DNA of 64,000 nucleotides from Neophaeotheca triangularis (lineage: Eukaryota). A program made the position numbers and the translations under genes. The stretch is taken from positions 186,001 to 250,000 of the forward strand of contig BAAIJX010000027.1 in NCBI GenBank assembly GCA_054600435.1. The letters run 5' to 3'. The notes beneath the pieces are model-generated. The model did no database searches. It was not told where the DNA came from and saw only the letters and a program-made list of their open reading frames with translations. This document shows, one piece after another, positions 34,764 through 46,656 of this stretch. Positions within the stretch are counted from its first letter, which is position 1; each line of letters starts with the position of its first letter.

Positions 34764-37700
34764 ATGGACGGCCTACCTTCTTCATATTCCACCCCAAATG
34801 CGAGGCCGAAGCGAACGACCGCGGCGCCGTTGCGGGAGAGGACCAGCTCTCGCAATGCTTTGAACGGCGTCGCCTCCAGCGCCGGTGCTCATGCCTCTCC
34901 ACCTTCAACACCGCAAAACCCACGCAAGAGAGATAACAGGAGGAACAACAGCACTCCCCTTGGCTCGCCATCGGGGCCCAAAGGCAAGGCACCAGCTGCC
35001 GTGAGGGCACAAAAGGAGAATGTCAATGTGACCCAGCAGAACAGGCATTCGCATGGGTTGACTTGGAACAACAGCACTACGAGAGACAGCGTCGTGGACA
35101 ACCTGCTGCTATCGCTGGATAATTTATCTACGCCCGGGACGGGAGGTATGGAGACGACCCGTGCTCAAGAGGTGGACTTCGATACCTCCAAATATCGATT
35201 TACCGCCCCCGACATTCCTTCCTTGCCCAGCCGCACCATGCAGAGACCACGAGGTCATACGTACTCTAGCTCACTCTCGTCAGATTACGACCGACATGGC
35301 GCAAGCGAGCTCTCTTCGCCCAGCACCTATTCGGCCCACGTATCACCTCAAGGCAGGAGAAGCAACAGCAGCTCAAACATTGATCCTTTGCGCGACGAGC
35401 GCATGAGGCCTGCAAAACACTTTGGGAGGAGTAGCTCAGAAACCCAGAAGCAGGGAAGCAGCGCGATCACTCCTGGGGTGCGTGCGGCTGGTGCAAGAGT
35501 AGATGAGGAAGACCCGGACAACGAGCTATTGTTGGAGGCGCGCAGATTGGCCTTCAATGGGCGATCGGTGAGCATGGATCACATCTACAGTCAGGATCCC
35601 AATAAGAGAAGCAATTCGATACTTGGACGAGGTCGCCCAGTGCCGTCTGCGCATGGCAGCAGGCAAGAGGTAGTGTCTCCAGACCCGGCCGCATGTCCTG
35701 AGCCAGGTGTGCCGGCCGGGCCTCGTAAAATGCTGAACCCGCAGGCCACGGGGCCGGTGTATGTAGGACAGGCCCCAAAGGCCAGCGCGCCGAGGAAGAC
35801 GACCACGCAGAGTGATCTCCGATCTTCCAGCACGGCGACTCCAGCCATTCCTCGTGAGATCAGGGATCAGGCAAACGACTTTGTGCGTGCCAGTAGCATG
35901 CGAGGTGATCCACCAACTCCAGCGACAGCTAGCCACAGGCAGTATTCTGCGGAATCGCCAAACCGTTCGATGAGGGGGAGAAAGGAGGCTTCGACTTCCC
36001 CACAAACACAGGAGCGGCCCGGCTTCTTTAAGAGGGTCTTTGGTGGTGGGTCCACACGCATCTCAAGCGGTCTGTTTGAACACGCGGACTTTATCGGAGG
36101 AACCACAAGGCTTAAATCTCCGCTCGGTGCTACCAACAGCTCATCAAAGCAAAGTGCCAAAGAGAACAGCAACAATGCTGCAAATCAGTCACTGAACAAG
36201 AAACCTTCTTCGTTCTTCAGGCGCCGGAAGAAGTCGACCAATGATTCGGTAGCTCTGCCTTCCGGACTTCCCGTCGCCAACCAACCTAAAGAAGCTGTCT
36301 CACCCGCGGAGGTCAACCCATCCGACAACAGTCTACGCAAATTCTTGGATCCTTACTTGAGCCCCAATGCGAAAGTAGCAAACAACAATACCGAAGCAGG
36401 AGGCGCAAATGACTTGGAGAGACCGTCGACAAAGGAAAGCACAAGCACAGACTCTGACCTCGACCTATTCCATACTGGCTACTCGCCTCCTCCAGATGCG
36501 TCACTTGGTAGGCGTAACCCGATCTCCCGGGAGATGTCACAGAGTCAAAAGGATGACAAGCACGGGGACAGGGTGAGATTGAGACTGAGAAAGCGCATGT
36601 CGGCGCAGAATATGGTTTCGCACAACATGGATAAGAGCTTCTTGCACGACGCTAGCCGAGAACCCTCGAGCGCTACCTTGGGTGAAAGATTTAGGACAGA
36701 CGAGCAGGAGATGGTCTCGCCCGTGTCTGAAACTAGACCGTCTGTCGAAGCCGAACATCGTCCAGTCAGCCGCGCCAGCACGGGTGATAGAATCATCGCG
36801 ATGAAAGCTTCCGGCTCGAATGGAGAAGCAGGTGCTGTACGGCGCCTCGACTCTTTGAGCCGGGAGAGGGAGACTTTCGATTCAAATGGACCTCATAGTG
36901 CCGCAAGGACCATCAGGCCCTCGCGTTACGATGATGAAGACAACGACGAGGAAGAATGGGGCATAGTAGCGCCGCCTCGCTCAGCCGGGCAGGACAGCAG
37001 CAGGTCGAGTGGGAGTCGGTCTACAAGATTGTTCCTCCAGCCGACCACTTCTGAAGAGGAAGCGAAGCTACATGGGCCGCCGAAAGTAAATCCAAAAGTG
37101 GAAGAACCTGGAGCGGCATCAGATGAGCCATCAGGTACAAGGGAAGACTCGCTGGCGCCGCCGTGTCCACCTAGCTCGCAGTCCCATTCTACGTCCAGCT
37201 TGCCCTTGATGCAAGTGAACAGCACCAACATCAGAGAGTCGGTGGAATTCGGTCGCGCGGAGGTTCCGGATACCAACCAAGATGCCGAACCTCGTGAAAG
37301 GGCGCGTAAGATCTACGAAGGGAACGAGGAAGACGTGCCAAAGAACGAAGCGGCTTCATGGCTTGGCGAAAGAAAGGTTTTGAGCATGCGGACTCTGGAA
37401 GCATACATGCAATTGTTTGACTTTTCAGATCAGAACATTCTGTCAGCGCTGCGCACTTTATGCGGGAAACTGATACTGCGCGGCGAGACGCAGCAGTTTG
37501 ATCGGATCGTCACAGCTCTTTCGTCACGGTGGTGCGAGTGCAACCAAAATCACGGTTTCAAAGCGCAGGATGTTGTGCACACCATCTGCTATTCGCTCAT
37601 CCTTCTCAATACCGATCTGCACTTGGCGGACATTGGCGACAAGATGTCTCGCACGGCTTATGTCAAGAACACGCTTCCTACCGTTAAGCGAGTGCTGGCT

Positions 37701-39859
37701 GACGCTGCGCCGGGTGCTTTTGACGACGCTTCCCATGCTGGGAGGAAGGATTCACGACCGAACATTCAACGTCTCGATTCCAGCCCCAGCGTGCCGAGCT
37801 CTCCTGTCTTTCCGCCGAATGCTTCGCCCGGCGAACGTAGCTCCTTCGACCTGCAAAGACCCCAGGCGAGCAAGCGTCTATCACTTAGGCCTGGCATGCT
37901 GAGGACGGAATCTGATGGCTGGACGCCAGATGGCACTGCTTCGAATGCACTCGTGAGCAGTTCGATTGAAGGTAATCTCCGCAGCTGGGAAGCGGAAGTC
38001 GAGACGGTGCTCAAGTCGTTTTTCGGGTCAATCCGCACTGAGCCTTTGCCCTTATTTGGTGCAAACATCCCAGGCAGCGCCTCGCAAAATACGTTGACTG
38101 CCGGCAACCTAGGACTCAAGCGTTCCGGCTCAGTCAGCAGCAAGGCGCCTTCCGACAATGCTTCGTACCGCTCCAAGGGCGATCTAAGGTCCATGACAAT
38201 GAGATGGCAAAGCAGGAACAGCCGGTCAAGGCCGAGACTCTACCCATCAAGTACAGTAGCTTCCTCATCCCGCACTAGCCTCGATGATGGCAACAGTGTC
38301 TGGTCGCCAGCGCAAAGCAGTACTTGGAGCAAGTATTCCTTTGGCAAAACGCTGACCTCAAGCTCTCTAGGCAGCTTAGGGCAGCACTACTCACCTGGCA
38401 CTGGGGACTATAAGCATTCGATAGGCTTTGCGAATGCGCTTTCGCAGGCTATAATACGCGAAGAAGGTACCTCAGCAGCCTCGATTGCAGATACAGATTC
38501 TTTTGGAATGGGATCTGCCAGTATGCTTGACGATGAGGCGCTAGCATTGGAGGGTGCGCCGTGGGCCAAGGAAGCGTTGGTCACGCACAAACATCATCTC
38601 GAGTCCCTAAACCACAAGGCCAAAGAGCGGAGTTGGAACAAATGCTTTGCCGTCATCGGCAAGGGCAAGCTGACCCTTTTCAACTTCAACACTTCGAGCA
38701 AAGCGCACTCTATAAACCGGAAACACCAAGGACATGGTGGGGGCAACGCCAACAAGGGCGGTCGCGCTGCCTCCACTACTTCAACTCACGTTGGTGGAGG
38801 CGACTGGATGGAAAGCGCCGAGCAATTGCTCTCTCTGTCACTACTTCAGACAATCGCCTCAGTACTCCCGCCTCCCGGCTATAGTAAAGCTCGACCGTAC
38901 GTATGGGCATTGAGCCTCCCATCAGGAGCAGTGCACCTCTTCCAAGTCGGCACCCTCGAGATCGCCCACGAATTCATGACCACCGCCAACTACTGGTCTG
39001 CCCGCCTTAGCAAAGAACCCCTCAGCGGCGGCGTCAGCAACATCGAATACGGCTGGTCGGAAGCCGTCGTTGACCCGGCTTTACTCGCCGACACGGGTTC
39101 CCATTCCGCCGCTACGTCACCCCCAGGCATCCAAAATCAGCAACACGGTCACATGCACTCCCTTAGCAACGGCAGCATGTCAAACGCGCCCGGAGCGAGG
39201 CGGTCTAGCATGCAGTCTTCGCTCCGCACAAGTTTTGAAGCACAGTTCAGCAGCGACAGGCGCGTGCGACTCCCCGGCGACAAGGTTCAGATTCAGGAAT
39301 GGACGCCGCCAAGCCAGAGCATGGTGGCCAGCCAGCTCGACGAGAGCGATCAACTCAAGGCGCTACAGACGTACGTGGACGGCGTGGAGGAGGAGCTGGC
39401 GAGGCACAACGAGCTCAAGGATGGCATCGAGCTCGCCGTAAGTGTCCCCCATTTGTGAACGTACGTTTTTAACAACAGCCAAATTAACAAGCAAATGAAC
39501 AGTTCTCCCCCCGCCACCCCAACCGCGCCAAAGCTCTCACAAACTGGCAGCGCAAGTCCGACTATTTACTGCGCGAAATCGTCAAGTTCAGGACTTATAT
39601 CGATTCCCTCCATGCGGCGCAAAAAGCCAGGAATGACTACGAAGCGAGGAAGAACCCAGAGAAGGCGGCTTCGCTCGCACCTCCCGCTTCGGAGGATGGC
39701 CGTGACGATGAGAAGGGCGGCGGCGACCGCGACGTCACGCCGCGGCAGCTCGCTGAGATTTTTGCGCCTATCCGGCGTGGCGAGGGTGAGGAAGACGTGG
39801 ATGGGGATCGGGATGTTACGCCTAGGGCTTCGAGGGGGCCTCCGCCGAGGGAGGTTTGA
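34764..39859 (+). CDS. Sec7 plus PH domain Arf guanine-nucleotide exchange factor (Syt1/EFA6-like); intron 39438-39502
   Basis: Sec7 motifs LRGETQQFDRI and HTICYSLILLNTDLH; PH region with WSARLSKEPLSGGVSNIEYGW; last exon TNWQRKSDYLLRE. Confidence 0.9.
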
Positions 39860-40628
39860 GTTGAGGGCTGGTGGTTTCGTATTAGCAAGAGACCCGGATG
39901 GTTCGGTCAGACGATTGTCCTGATCGACGGGTGGGGCCACTGTATGGGACGGTAATGGCAGCACGCCCCGCCATGATCTTTTGGCATTTCCGGAGTGAGC
40001 GTTTGTCGGCGGGGACTTCGATTCTTGCTTGTATACCCAACTGCGTTTTCGGCTCTGTTTGGGAGCGCATGTTAAATTGTGTACACTAATTTATGATGCT
40101 CGAGAATTATGGACAGCGTGAACAACCCATGTTAATACCTAGGCACCCAGCCTCAAGGTCTCTCAATAGCTGCGTGGAGAATCAGAAGCTGCAAAAAGGA
40201 GAGGCTGCCCATCAATATACCATTCGCATTCCAACGGCTATCTCAGCTATCTAGCTATCCCGGCCAGCAGAAGCCCCTGTCCTCGCCGTCACGCGCGCTC
40301 TCTAGACATAACACAAGAGTTTGCGATCGCTAGACACTGACCTGACTGGCTAGTGCAGCGAATCAGCACCGACCAAACTTGCTCCCAAGGGGTATTCTTT
40401 GAAGAGCATCGGAAACCCGCCCAGCAGATCAAACGCCCAGCCACGCGCTATCCCTCATTTCCCCAATGAAGGAGTGTCTAATAAGTATGTTCGCGTAGAA
40501 AAGGACTGTGTGCAACCTCTTCAAAAAAAATCCCCGGGCTCGAATCTCTCCAATATGTGCAACCTTGCATTCCAGACGGAAGAGTCATGAACAAAAAATT
40601 CAGCTTCCTCCTGTGCCTTCCCTTCGCA

Positions 40629-43600
40629 TTATATACTCTCCGGACTAGGCATCGCGCCTCCACCGCCACCCGACTCGGCCTTTTGAGGCTCCTCCGTCGT
40701 CTGCTCACTCGGGGCCTGCAAGTTGAGCTTCCCAATAGGCTGCTGCAGAAGCTCGTTCCTGCGCCCAGCTTCAACACTGCCACCGCCTTCCTCGAGTTTC
40801 CTCTTCTTTTTCGCCGCCTGTTGCTGTTCGCGAATAGGTCGCTTCCTTGGGCTGGAGATCTTGCCGGTGGGAGGCAATCTGGGTTTGGGAAACCTCTGCT
40901 TCTGCGGCAAGTCCTCGTCCTCGACCAGAGGCTCCTCGTGGTTCTGACGCAATTTCGAGCGGAAAAAGTCCTGCACCAGGCCGATTTGGTTGCCGACGTT
41001 TTCAGTTGTGATGGGATCGTACGGTTCTGGAGGTGGGAAGACGGGGCCGGTTGCCGCAACGGGGCCGACGTTTTGCGAGTTGTAGGCCGAGTTGACGCGG
41101 TTCTGCAGCAGGTGAAATGGGACGCTGAGCGTAGCGAGTCCAAGTTCGTCAGCAATACCAAGTTCCTTAAGGCCGAAGTAGTCTTCGTCGAAGTCTTCTG
41201 CGAAATCGCCCGAAGCGAACTGGTCGCTGCCGTCATTGAAGGCTCCGGCACCGTCTGCGCCTGCGTTTTCGCCGAGAGCGGGGCGCTGGAAGTCGCTGTT
41301 AGCATGGTCATTTAAATAATATGATGGTGGCACACTCACAAGTAAGTCTGTGAGGTGTGACTTCATTCGGTCGTGCACCACGCCAAGCTTGGTCCCGAAT
41401 CTTTCGACATCATCCTTGACGTACGTCTCCAACGCCTCGAGGTCAAGGCCGCTCTCGTGTAATGTATGCAAGACTTGCTCTTCGCGGGAGAAGCGAGGCG
41501 TTTCGGCGTCCAGTTTTGGCTGCTCCATATATGTCTTCAACGTATGCGTGAGCTTGCCAAAGTATTCACCGGCAAGATCTGTTACCGCATCTAGGGCGGA
41601 AGGCTGAAAGTCCTCGAAGCCAGCATGATAGAACACCTTGCCAATGGTGCGCTGAAAAGCCTGTCTGCATACCCAAGGAGCCATGATAGGGCCGTCCTCG
41701 GACACGACCACAGGGCCTACGTCCTTTTCGGCGAACGGTTCCGGCTCGTACTTCTGAAACTGATTCTGGTAGGTCTGAGCCTGGATTTGCATTTGCTTGA
41801 CAACGCCGATCTTGGTGCAAATCTTCCTCGTGTCTTGCATTTGTGCCATATTGGCCTCGATTTTGCGGGACAACCCTCCGTCGGGTGAGACAAAGTGTCC
41901 TTTGGGATAGATTCGCATGTGTTCGTCGGACTGAGGTACAACGTCGCCCTCTGAATCGGTGATCCATTGGAGGCCGTTGCGGATGTCTGGAATGGCGGAG
42001 AGCGGGTGGTAGTAGTCGGGTAGGGTAGAATCTTCGTCCTTCTCAATACCTTCTGCAAGAGTTTCACCTGACGCCGAGTTCCCCTTGCCTTCTTCGTCTT
42101 CCAGCATGTCGAGGTCCTGCGCTCCCTGCTCAGAAGAGAACGCTTTCTGTTGTCGTTGCCATCGGCGCATCAAAGCTTTAGTTCGTAAAATTGCCGGCTC
42201 GTCAGGGTTGAGCTGCTCCCCTCTGAAAAGTCGATTGCGCTCGGCTGCGGCCTGTGCACGATCTTTCTTCGTCACTTGCTTCCAGGTCTTGAACTCTGCA
42301 TCATCTTCGTCCTCCTCTTCGGGTGCATTGCTTACTATGGAGTTCCCCAGACCATCCACCTCCATAACGTCGGCTTGGCTCCCGGGCGCGCCACTATTGT
42401 GTACACCGTTGACAAGCGGCGTTGCTGTACCGGGTGGGGGAGTGTTGAAACCAGCTGAGCTAACGTCGTGCATTTCGGAGTCTGCGCGTAAAGATTCATT
42501 GCGCAGGTTTGTCGTCGAAGCATGTAGCGCAGGTCTGGCCTCAGGCATCGGAGTGCCATCTACCTCAACACTTGGTGCTTTCCTCGTTGTGTTGGACGAA
42601 CCGCCTTTAACTCCCTTCTTCGGCGCCTTCCGCCCTCTAGATGCCATGATGGGAAGCTCGTCATCTTCGCTATCGTCGCCGGCATCCATCGATTGCAGTC
42701 TTCGCTCCTCTGCTTCGACCTCGGCCCTGTCTCTCACCACAATGTCCGGAATGAGAGGTGTCAACTTGTCGGTCTCCTTCCGCATGTAGAGTGCCTTTTT
42801 TCGGAACGGGTGCTCAGGTGCGGAGTTGTACTTGAGGCAATTATTCCAGATCAGACCCAAGTCGTCCACAAATTCCTTCTTGCTTTTGTACGCCAGTTGC
42901 TTCAGCTTCTTGATCATAGTACCAAGGTCCATGGGGTTTTTGATGATTTGATAGTAGTCGATCGCATCGCGTTTATTGACACGCGTCAAAAAAGGCTGCG
43001 CATATTCAGTCATGGCTTTGAGCTCCATCAGGACCTTCTCCGCAGCTTCATAGAGTTCTTCTTGGCCTACGCGCTCTTCGCTCGCCCACTTGCTTCTGCC
43101 CTTCCTAACTTCAGAGATGAGCGTACGCAGCTGATTGTCCGAAGCTCTGACCTGATCGCGCTTGGCGTCTATACGAGCAATCAAGTGCTTGAGCGTAAGA
43201 CTTGAGGCGCCAAGATCGGTACTTCCGAGAGAACCTTGGGCTGGCGCCGTACTGTTTGAAGGCCCAGCTTGAGCAGTAGAAGACGCGTCGTGGCTGCCTG
43301 ATATCTCGTTTTCTACCTCGCGATCCAGCTCGTCCAACTTCTGTTGCTCCACCATCGCGTCATGATCGCTTTCGAACGTGTAGAACATGGCCTGGAAACT
43401 GCGCTTCGCCCCCTCTGCCGCGGCCTTCTTATCCTCTTCCAGCTGCTTGCGCACATCTTCCGAGCTCTTGCCTTGATCTGATGAGCTCGATGTCTCTGTT
43501 CTGACCGGAGCGAGCTTCTGCGACGGCGCAGGCGCAGGCGAGCGAGTTGCAGCCGCTGATGTGCCATTAGGTAATGAACCCTTGCCTTTACTCTTTAGAG

Positions 43601-44045
43601 GGCTGGTATGTTCGATCTCGTCTTCCTCTTCATCATCATCATCTCCATAGTCGTCTTCATCAATGGTTCTGGCGGCCTTCTTGCGCGGCGGCTCGGTCTT
43701 GGCGATGTCGCTTTGGCTTGGGCCAGCAGGGTGGTCGCCCTCCATTTCCTGCGCGCTTCTCTTCCTGCCTCTCCCTTGAGCCTCCCCGCCATTGTCGCTA
43801 AACAATGCAGCAATATCAGCCTCTGCACGATGACACCGCTGCCTTAGCGCAGTGTGTAGAGGGTCCTCCTCGCGTTCCTCCTCCGCCGCGGCCGCGCCAA
43901 GGCCGGCGCCATTGGGAACATCTCGCGTCGCGCTCATACCTCTACGCGCGGCAGTGGTATTGGAGACGACTCCATTTGTGAGTCGGGAGGCCGAAGTCGC
44001 ATGGACGAGGTTGGACGGCGGGCGATGGATGGGCGTCGAAGTCAT
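40629..44045 (-). CDS. SPT7: SAGA complex bromodomain subunit Spt7; in-frame intron 41339-41286
   Basis: KWASEERVGQEELYEAAEKVL, bromodomain PFLTRVNKRDAIDYYQIIKNPMDLGT, histone-fold region HAGFEDFQPSALD; start codon uncertain (frame open to 44375). Confidence 0.93.
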   Translation of the reverse strand: MTSTPIHRPPSNLVHATSASRLTNGVVSNTTAARRGMSATRDVPNGAGLGAAAAEEEREEDPLHTALRQRCHRAEADIAALFSDNGGEAQGRGRKRSAQEMEGDHPAGPSQSDIAKTEPPRKKAARTIDEDDYGDDDDEEEDEIEHTSPLKSKGKGSLPNGTSAAATRSPAPAPSQKLAPVRTETSSSSDQGKSSEDVRKQLEEDKKAAAEGAKRSFQAMFYTFESDHDAMVEQQKLDELDREVENEISGSHDASSTAQAGPSNSTAPAQGSLGSTDLGASSLTLKHLIARIDAKRDQVRASDNQLRTLISEVRKGRSKWASEERVGQEELYEAAEKVLMELKAMTEYAQPFLTRVNKRDAIDYYQIIKNPMDLGTMIKKLKQLAYKSKKEFVDDLGLIWNNCLKYNSAPEHPFRKKALYMRKETDKLTPLIPDIVVRDRAEVEAEERRLQSMDAGDDSEDDELPIMASRGRKAPKKGVKGGSSNTTRKAPSVEVDGTPMPEARPALHASTTNLRNESLRADSEMHDVSSAGFNTPPPGTATPLVNGVHNSGAPGSQADVMEVDGLGNSIVSNAPEEEDEDDAEFKTWKQVTKKDRAQAAAERNRLFRGEQLNPDEPAILRTKALMRRWQRQQKAFSSEQGAQDLDMLEDEEGKGNSASGETLAEGIEKDEDSTLPDYYHPLSAIPDIRNGLQWITDSEGDVVPQSDEHMRIYPKGHFVSPDGGLSRKIEANMAQMQDTRKICTKIGVVKQMQIQAQTYQNQFQKYEPEPFAEKDVGPVVVSEDGPIMAPWVCRQAFQRTIGKVFYHAGFEDFQPSALDAVTDLAGEYFGKLTHTLKTYMEQPKLDAETPRFSREEQVLHTLHESGLDLEALETYVKDDVERFGTKLGVVHDRMKSHLTDLLVSVPPSYYLNDHANSDFQRPALGENAGADGAGAFNDGSDQFASGDFAEDFDEDYFGLKELGIADELGLATLSVPFHLLQNRVNSAYNSQNVGPVAATGPVFPPPEPYDPITTENVGNQIGLVQDFFRSKLRQNHEEPLVEDEDLPQKQRFPKPRLPPTGKISSPRKRPIREQQQAAKKKRKLEEGGGSVEAGRRNELLQQPIGKLNLQAPSEQTTEEPQKAESGGGGGAMPSPESI

Positions 44046-44457
44046 CTGGGCTGCCCCTCGGCGCTGCGGGCAGGAAGACTCGTCTCCGGAAGCCCCAGCG
44101 TCGACGTAAGAATACGACTTTTTGGGATCATCGGAATCGCCGTACCCGGGCGAGTGTGAATATGTGGCCGGTTTGATGGAATGCGCCTGTGATACCGGGG
44201 GATGCGATGAAGTGACGTTTGGCCGTGGTGGGTGAGGTGGTAATGAGGTGGCTCGAGCTCGAGCGTAGGTAAAGTTGGGGGCGAGAGATGCAGTAGTGAG
44301 CCGTGAGCGTACCGCACGTGATGACTTGCTTGTGTTTGTTAGGTAGGAACAGCACCACTTGTACCTGAGCTTCATACAAGACTGCTATTGACTATCTTCG
44401 CGTTACTGTTAAGGATCCACGTCTAGCACGCAAGTGTTGTGCAAGGTTATGCCTTAA

Positions 44458-45263
44458 ATGCCGTCTACAAGAGTGAGGAAACCCTTTGCGGGTGAGTAAC
44501 ATCCATAGCTAGCCTGTCGACAACAACATTTACACTTCTTGTAACCTAACACCACCCTCTACAGCTTCCTTTGTCGCAACCTTTCTTGCTGCAGCCTACC
44601 TAGGCCTCAGCACGGACAAGATCCCCAAGTATGGCCAGAGCGACAAGGGACTTCATTTCATCACCTTCTTCCTGCTCACAGTACGTACATCCCTCGCTAC
44701 CACAAGTCATGGTCGACAAACCTTAACAGTACATTGTTTAGACAACAGCCTACTGGTCTGTCGAGCTCCCTCGCCGCCGCCTAGTTCATTTGAATCTAGT
44801 CATCTGCACCGGTGGTCTCGCAATTGGTTCTGAGGTTGTGCAAGCCCTTCTCCCTAATGGAAGGTTCTTCGACCCTTACGATATCCTCGCCAATGTTGTC
44901 GGCTCCTCTCTTGCTCTCGCATTGAGCTCATGGTATCATAAGCGTATGCTTGAGCGCAAGCGGAAGAACAAGCACTACGACATCATGCCTGGCGAGGATC
45001 TGGAAGCCGGCGAGGGTGAGAGGGATGTCGAGCTGGGCGAAGGCGTAGGCGCTCAGGGGCAAGAGAGCCACGTGGTAGGGGCAAATGACAGGGAGGATGC
45101 AAGCGCTGGGGCAGGCAGAGGGACGACTGTGACGGAGGAACTGGATAACTGGGATGAGAATGCTAGCGATTGGGATGATGAGCCTGACGTCAGAGGCGAC
45201 GGTCAGAAGACGCCAGGGAGTAGTGCTGAGGAAGAAGACGGTGGGAAAAAGCGGGCTGATTGA
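44458..45263 (+). CDS. VanZ-like membrane protein; introns 44492-44564 and 44681-44741
   Basis: Spliced MPSTRVRKPFA..SDKGLHFITFFLLT..GSEVVQALLPNGRFFDPYDILANVVG (VanZ DKxxH, E, DxxDxxxN pattern). Confidence 0.85.
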
Positions 45264-45613
45264 TCTGGTGCGAATAAATCCATGGGTGCTATGTTTCACG
45301 TATAACGATCGTGTACTTTGCAGCAAGTTCGCTGTGAAGTGTCTGTATCTTTATAAGGGTCGAAACTCCTCGCAGCACGGCAGGACACCGTAGCTATGCT
45401 TTCACCAGCATCATGCCTCCACAGCCACGCTTGCAGCAATCACCTTAGGGATAAATCCAAGTTTTGTGCACTTTTGGGATATCGTTTTGCAAGCTACCTG
45501 CTTCTAGTACCGAGCTTTCATAGGCACGGCCTCTCCGCGTGGTCCGCTCAGATCATTCCTCCGCAGCAGCCATGCTCGAACACCCCTCTTGCGCCTTCGT
45601 GAAAGCAGACCGC

Positions 45614-46244
45614 TTAAGCACCAGCAGCCTTGGCAGCCTGCTGAGGGTTCACCTTCTTGCCATCCTTGTTGTAGCGGACCCTTGGGGGAGGAGCCCTGTT
45701 GCGGCGGCCTTCGCGCGAGCGGACACTGTTCAGGGTTAGAGATGGTCTCCGAGGTTCGTTGTCGTGGAAACCTGTTCTGGTACGTACCGGACGATCTTGC
45801 CGTGGATGGCGCAGGAAACGCAGTACTGGAGCTTGAGGTACATCTTTGGGACGGTGTACTCGGGGAAAACGGAAGCATCGGAGATATCACCTGAAAGCGC
45901 TGTCAGCGTGCCATTCTGACCATCCAAAAGCACCTAATATGTATTCCGGCTGTTTCAAGATTCTTCCCACTGCTCTTGACTCTGTACCGAAAAGGGCGAA
46001 CGTACGGATAGCAGCAGACTCGACCATGTTGCGGATGGTGAATCTCTTGATTGCCTTGTCCTTGGGAACGCATCGCGAGCAGTTGGAGCAACGGACCGGC
46101 CTGACGTGACCTCTTCCCTTCTTGTTACGTCCGCTGTAAGAGTAAAAGTGTTAGCCCACCCAATCCTTGCATGTTGTGCCTCCTCGCGCTCGTGGTGGGT
46201 GGAAGTAATGGTGAATCGTACTTGGACGCTCTCTTCTTGACCAT
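45614..46244 (-). CDS. RPS26: 40S ribosomal protein S26 (eS26); exons 46244-46222, 46133-46006, 45890-45788, 45725-45614
   Basis: [62 protein letters not shown]. Confidence 0.97.
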
Positions 46245-46656
46245 TTTTGCGGTTTTGGTGTGTCGTTCAGCAAGTTATGGAACCTGCTGAAGTCTCGATT
46301 GTCCGGGTGAGCGCTGGGTGAGTGAAGGTTGCTGCTGGTCGTTCAACGTCGGCGTGAGGGTCGGCTTCGCCTTAGCAGTGAATTTCGATTTGGGGTGCGC
46401 TCGGTACAGCTTCTACGTGTGAGTGAGTCTTGGCAATGACTGCGGCGGAAGGCGGGAGTCGCCGTCACCCTAGTTAGTAAGGTAGTGCAAGCACTAGTTA
46501 CCTAAGCCAGTCTCGGACTCGGACCCGCCTCTTGTTTACTACGCGGGTAGCTCCACGCTCCTGGACGATACACCTAACCTCCCTCCTCTGTGAGCAATTT
46601 GGGAATTGTGTTGCAACTCGGCTAACACAGGTTAAGCCACTGAAACTTCTGCCATC

